Source: a virus
Lineage: Duplodnaviria > Heunggongvirae > Uroviricota > Caudoviricetes
Virus record (IMG/VR): IMGVR_UViG_2675903394_000001
Location: 1 to 5,591 of that record
Reading direction: 5' to 3' (one strand)
Length of the DNA: 5,591 nt
The translations under genes and the position numbers were made by a program. Below the pieces are notes generated by a model. The model did not search any database. It was not told where the DNA came from and saw only the letters and a list, made by a program, of their open reading frames with translations. Below are positions 1 through 5,591 of the stretch, one piece after another; within the stretch, counting starts at the first letter, position 1; every line of letters starts with the position of its first letter.

Positions 1-3410
<3,410 letters not shown>

Positions 3411-3439
<29 letters not shown>

Positions 3440-3917
3440 CCGCAAATTCCTTCATTTTTTCAGCAGATTCAACGCATTTATTAGCTCCCTTCGCAACAAG
3501 CTCTTTCAGATAAGCCAATTGTCTGCCTGTCAACTCAGGGAATTTTCTTTGCATCGAAAGCGGAATACTGTCCAGAACAGATGCCAGTTCTCCGGATAAC
3601 CGGGACAGTGCAAAAACAGAGAAAGCGGTATCAATCACTTTATGCTCTGCAACCTGGTTTTTTAACCGCTGAGCAATAGCCTGTTCTTCCGTCAGATTAA
3701 CCCTGGCCTGAAGTAGCCTTTCCTCAAGGTCATTTTCACCATCTGAAGATTTCTGGTTTTGCTGACGTCGCTCGCGATCTATCTCCAGTACAGTTTTAAC
3801 GTCATAGAAAACCTCTCTCCCCCGGCGCTCAACAGGAGGGACACCCCATTTATCAAATGCCTGTACTGAGATACCGATGGAGGAGGCCATGTCGCTTTTA
3901 TTCAATAAAAAGGCCAC
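3411..3917 (-). CDS. Nu1: Terminase small subunit, Nu1 family but strongly diverged from lambda Nu1
   Basis: The track ORF 3411..3941 (TTG start) translates to ...LNKSDMASSIGISVQAFDKWGVPPVERRGREVFYD...TAFSVFALSRLSGELASVLDSIPLSMQRKFPEL.... This aligns with lambda Nu1 (NKKQLADIFGASIRTIQNWQEQGMPV...TAFCTFVLSRIAGEIASILDGLPLSVQRRFPEL) at roughly 35-40% identity by eye. Position is immediately downstream of cos and the 3' end overlaps the gpA start, as in lambda. Start is uncertain: I favour GTG at 3917-3915, which has GGAGGA 4 nt upstream; alternatives are TTG 3905, ATG 3890 (which would truncate helix 1 of the winged HTH) and the track's TTG 3941. Confidence 0.75.
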
Positions 3918-3947
3918 AGCTCCTCCATAAACCACCGGCAAAAAAGC

Positions 3948-3959
3948 AATACAACAACC
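3948..3959 (+). repeat. cosB repeat copy 3 (R1-like), aatacaacaacc
   Basis: 12-bp motif about 30-40 bp upstream of the candidate small-terminase start codons. Confidence 0.5.
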
Positions 3960-4016
3960 CCGTTTTTTGTAAAACCCTCTGATTTTACATGCTTTTTCGT
4001 ATAAGAAAGCTCATCA

Positions 4017-4028
4017 GGTTGTTGTATT
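4017..4028 (-). repeat. cosB repeat copy 2 (R2-like, inverted), ggttgttgtatt on the plus strand
   Basis: Exact reverse complement of aatacaacaacc (3948-3959); inverted relative to the two flanking copies, like lambda R2. Confidence 0.5.
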
Positions 4029-4072
4029 TGTTTTTCTTTCTTATTACTTATCAAGTAGATATATCAAACGAT

Positions 4073-4084
4073 AAAACAACAACC
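4073..4084 (+). repeat. cosB repeat copy 1 (R3-like), aaaacaacaacc
   Basis: 12-bp motif aWacaacaacc, about 39-50 bp from the cohesive end; 11/12 identical to the copy at 3948-3959. Confidence 0.5.
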
Positions 4085-4110
4085 ACCACCTCAAAAAAAC
4101 TCATAAATAG

Positions 4111-4140
4111 CGAAAACCCGCGAGGTCGCCGCCCCGTAGC
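4111..4140 (-). other. cosN terminase nicking site; 12-nt cohesive end GGGCGGCGACCT on the minus strand = plus 4123-4134
   Basis: Reverse complement of 4099-4140 is GCTACGGGGCGGCGACCTCGCGGGTTTTCGCTATTTATGAGT, which contains the lambda cohesive-end sequence GGGCGGCGACCT and the lambda left-end continuation CGCGGGTTTTCGCTATTTATGA (recognised from memory). Confidence 0.9.
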
Positions 4141-4170
4141 CTGCCGGATCGCCGGAAAGGACCCACAAAA
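4141..4170 (-). other. Right-end flank of cosN, expected to contain cosQ
   Basis: Reverse complement TTTTGTGGGTCCTTTCCGGCGATCCGGCAG closely resembles the lambda right-end terminal sequence (...GGGTCCTTTCCGGTGATCCGACAGGTTACG) as I recall it. I cannot place the exact cosQ bases. Confidence 0.35.
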
Positions 4171-4342
4171 ATGATAATAATTTCATGTACATAATGTTCA
4201 TCACAACGATGTTGTGTACGCCATCAAACCACGACAAACAGTTAATTATGCAGCAGATATCGTATTAATTGATCCGCATCAAGTTAACGTAAAAGCAACT
4301 TCAGACAATACAAATCAGCAACACTGAATATGGGGCAACCTT

Positions 4343-4537
4343 ATGTCATCGAAGAACAGAACCCGAAGAACAACAACCCGCAACATCCGATTTCCAAACC
4401 AGATGATTGAACAAATTAATATTGCTCTTGACCAGAAAGGTTCAGGGAATTTTTCAGCGTGGGTCATTGAATCCTGCCGACGGAGACTAACGTCAGAAAA
4501 GAGAGCATATACATCAATCAAAAGTGATGAAGAATAA
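4343..4537 (+). CDS. Small ribbon-helix-helix (CopG/Arc/MetJ-like) putative DNA-binding protein, 64 aa
   Basis: ATG at 4343 with a GGGG stretch 7 nt upstream, TAA stop at 4535-4537. The protein MSSKNRTRRTTTRNIRFPNQMIEQINIALDQKGSGNFSAWVIESCRRRLTSEKRAYTSIKSDEE has a basic N-terminal arm, a predicted beta strand (RNIRFPNQM) and two helices (IEQINIALDQKG; NFSAWVIESCRRRL), typical of RHH folds. I recall an almost identical ORF in the lambda right-end region carried on cosmid vectors, differing only by conservative substitutions. Confidence 0.6.
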   Translation: MSSKNRTRRTTTRNIRFPNQMIEQINIALDQKGSGNFSAWVIESCRRRLTSEKRAYTSIKSDEE

Positions 4538-4797
4538 ACATCCCGGTTTCTTCCACCATCGCACCGGAAAAGCGACTATGAGGGTAAACCTGCGTCCGTC
4601 AGCGCAGTAAAACCCGGTGTGCATCGTTTTTGATTATTTCCACACACTCACGCAGAAGGAATTCCCCGTCGGGCTACGGTCATGGTTAATGCGGGAATAC
4701 GGCGACGATACAGCGCATGATGTGTCAGGGTTGAATACCTTTATCCGTTAAAAGGGATATCAGTTAAGTTATCCCGTGTAGGGTATAAGCCATTATC

Positions 4798-4819
4798 AAG
4801 CCCACCAGTAGATGGGCTT
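4798..4819 (-). terminator. Hairpin 2 nt past the stop of the 85-aa gene; weak intrinsic-terminator candidate
   Basis: Perfect 7-bp stem aagccca (4798-4804) / tgggctt (4813-4819) with an 8-nt loop. No proper U-tract follows on either strand (ttt on plus; GATAATGG on minus), so function is uncertain, and late read-through toward cos would be expected. Confidence 0.25.
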
Positions 4820-4827
4820 TGTAATGG

Positions 4828-5085
4828 CTACTTCGCTTTTGCTTCCGCTCGCTTACGCCGGCGCTCTTCTTTCCTCTCGGCTTTTGCCATGTCCATGAAT
4901 GCCTGCATGATCGAGTTCCGCATCATGTAGCTAACAAAGTGATGATTGACACAGCCGTTGAGGCGCAACTGCTCGCCAAACTCATCCACCGAGGCCAATG
5001 CTTCCATCATGCCCTTCTCGCCTTTCATGAACTCTGAGAAGTCGCGCCCCGCTCTGGAGGCGCATTCAATGACACGATCACTCAT
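4828..5085 (-). CDS. Hypothetical 85-aa protein with a Lys/Arg-rich C-terminal tail, translationally coupled to the upstream KilA-N gene
   Basis: Only long ORF in this interval. The ATG at 5085-5083 overlaps the upstream TGA (ATGA), stop is TAG at 4830-4828. Protein MSDRVIECASRAGRDFSEFMKGEKGMMEALASVDEFGEQLRLNGCVNHHFVSYMMRNSIMQAFMDMAKAERKEERRRKRAEAKAK. I do not recognise the family. Confidence 0.55.
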   Translation of the reverse strand: MSDRVIECASRAGRDFSEFMKGEKGMMEALASVDEFGEQLRLNGCVNHHFVSYMMRNSIMQAFMDMAKAERKEERRRKRAEAKAK

Positions 5086-5591
5086 CCCGGAAGCCCGGGG
5101 ATCGTTATCTGCAACTGGTTAGCCAGGGAGTTAATCTCAGCGACCAACACTGGCTTCGTATAGCGCCATGCCGCCAGCCCTTGTCCGCAGAAGCTCGCCA
5201 TGTCTTTCTTCTGGTCAAACTCATGACATTTCATGTTGAGCTGCGCACTTAAGCTGTTGCGATGCTGAAGTTCTCCGGTGAAGTAGTCATCGAGGACTTT
5301 ATAGGCCGCGTACTTGAACCCGGGGTTTAACCAAGCCGCATAATCGTAAGCAACAAACTTCCCGCCATATGTTCCACCATGTACACCGCGCTCAGTAAAA
5401 ACCACAGATTCGTGGTTTTTCTCCAGCTCAGCTAAGAACTCTTTGGTCTGCTTGTTTCGCAGGTAGTGGTAAGGCGATTCAGATTCACTTTTACCACTGG
5501 CTTTCCACATGTCAGTGAGGCAGATCATTCCTGATTCATCAACACTGAAGTGGTCAACAAAAACTGGCCACCGAGTTAGAGTTTTTCCAGT
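5082..5591 (-). CDS. KilA-N (APSES-like) domain protein, 5'-partial: the reading frame stays open to the right edge of the window
   Basis: Track ORF 5082..5528 begins at an internal ATG, but the 21 codons upstream (TGKTLTRWPVFVDHFSVDESG) have no stop. The region ...FSVDESGMICLTDMWKASGKSESESPYHYLRNKQTKEFLAELEK...GGTYGGKFVAYDYAAWLNPGFKYAAYKVLDDYF fits the KilA-N pattern as I remember it (N.T..cKaaGK...WLR...T.E....L ... GG..GT.....A..fA.WL.P.F). Same strand as the late genes. Confidence 0.6.
   Translation of the reverse strand, partial: TGKTLTRWPVFVDHFSVDESGMICLTDMWKASGKSESESPYHYLRNKQTKEFLAELEKNHESVVFTERGVHGGTYGGKFVAYDYAAWLNPGFKYAAYKVLDDYFTGELQHRNSLSAQLNMKCHEFDQKKDMASFCGQGLAAWRYTKPVLVAEINSLANQLQITIPGLPG

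Larger units (their letters stand above)
3942..4098 (-). promoter_or_regulatory. cosB-like terminase-binding region between cosN and the small-terminase gene
   Basis: AT-rich, ORF-free 157 bp between cosN and the Nu1-like start. Contains three copies of a 12-bp motif in direct-inverted-direct order with an AT-rich spacer (4029-4072, partial IHF-like match TATCAAGTAGATA) between the two copies nearest cosN. This parallels the R3-I1-R2-R1 layout of lambda cosB, but the motif sequence differs from lambda R sites (CGTTTCC-type). Confidence 0.6.

Noticed and set aside
3989-4174. Plus-strand 61-aa ORF (MLFRIRKLIRLLYLFFFLITYQ...)
   Set aside because: It runs straight across cosB and cosN, which are constrained as DNA sites. 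The translation is low-complexity (poly-Thr, Leu/Phe-rich) from AT-rich DNA, with no ribosome-binding site.
4171-4342. Specific sigma-70 promoter call for the RHH gene (TTGATC near 4269-4274; TACAAA/GAATAT-type -10 candidates)
   Set aside because: No -35/-10 pair with 16-18 bp spacing and good consensus match could be found by eye. A promoter is likely somewhere in this AT-rich region but I cannot place it.
4315-4521. Minus-strand 68-aa ORF antisense to the RHH gene
   Set aside because: It fully overlaps the plus-strand 64-aa ORF, which has a coherent RHH signature and which I recall as conserved in lambda; the antisense frame has no recognisable features.
4548-4578. Possible intrinsic terminator just past the RHH gene stop (ccgg...ccgg hairpin)
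   Set aside because: The stem is only 4-5 bp and imperfect, and no U-tract follows on the plus strand (aaaag follows). It is not a convincing terminator; I left it as part of the structured spacer.

Overview
This window is the DNA-packaging end of a lambda-like (lambdoid) phage or prophage, read in reverse: the phage late-gene sense is the minus strand. From high to low coordinates the minus strand carries a KilA-N-domain gene that enters from the right edge (5082-5591), a translationally coupled 85-aa basic-tailed protein (4828-5085), a 290-bp ORF-free spacer, the cos site (cosQ flank, cosN with the 12-nt cohesive end at 4123-4134, cosB at about 3942-4098), a diverged Nu1-type small terminase (3411-3917), the large terminase gpA (1514-3439), gpW (1311-1517) and the first 438 codons of portal gpB (1-1314, continuing past the left edge). 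The only convincing plus-strand gene is a 64-aa ribbon-helix-helix-like protein (4343-4537) beside cos, antisense to the late operon. The main result is a packaging-specificity cassette swap: gpB, gpW, most of gpA, cosN and the DNA right of cosN match phage lambda as I remember it, whereas cosB, the small terminase and the first ~30 codons of gpA are a different type, with breakpoints at about 4098-4100 and 3350. cosB contains three copies of a 12-bp motif (aWacaacaacc) arranged direct-inverted-direct, which I read as the binding sites of the diverged small terminase. No tRNA, rRNA, CRISPR array or IS element is visible. All homology statements come from recognising the translated sequences from memory; no database search was run. 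The accessory region right of cos (4136-5591) is where any novel function would lie, but nothing here amounts to a demonstrably new system.
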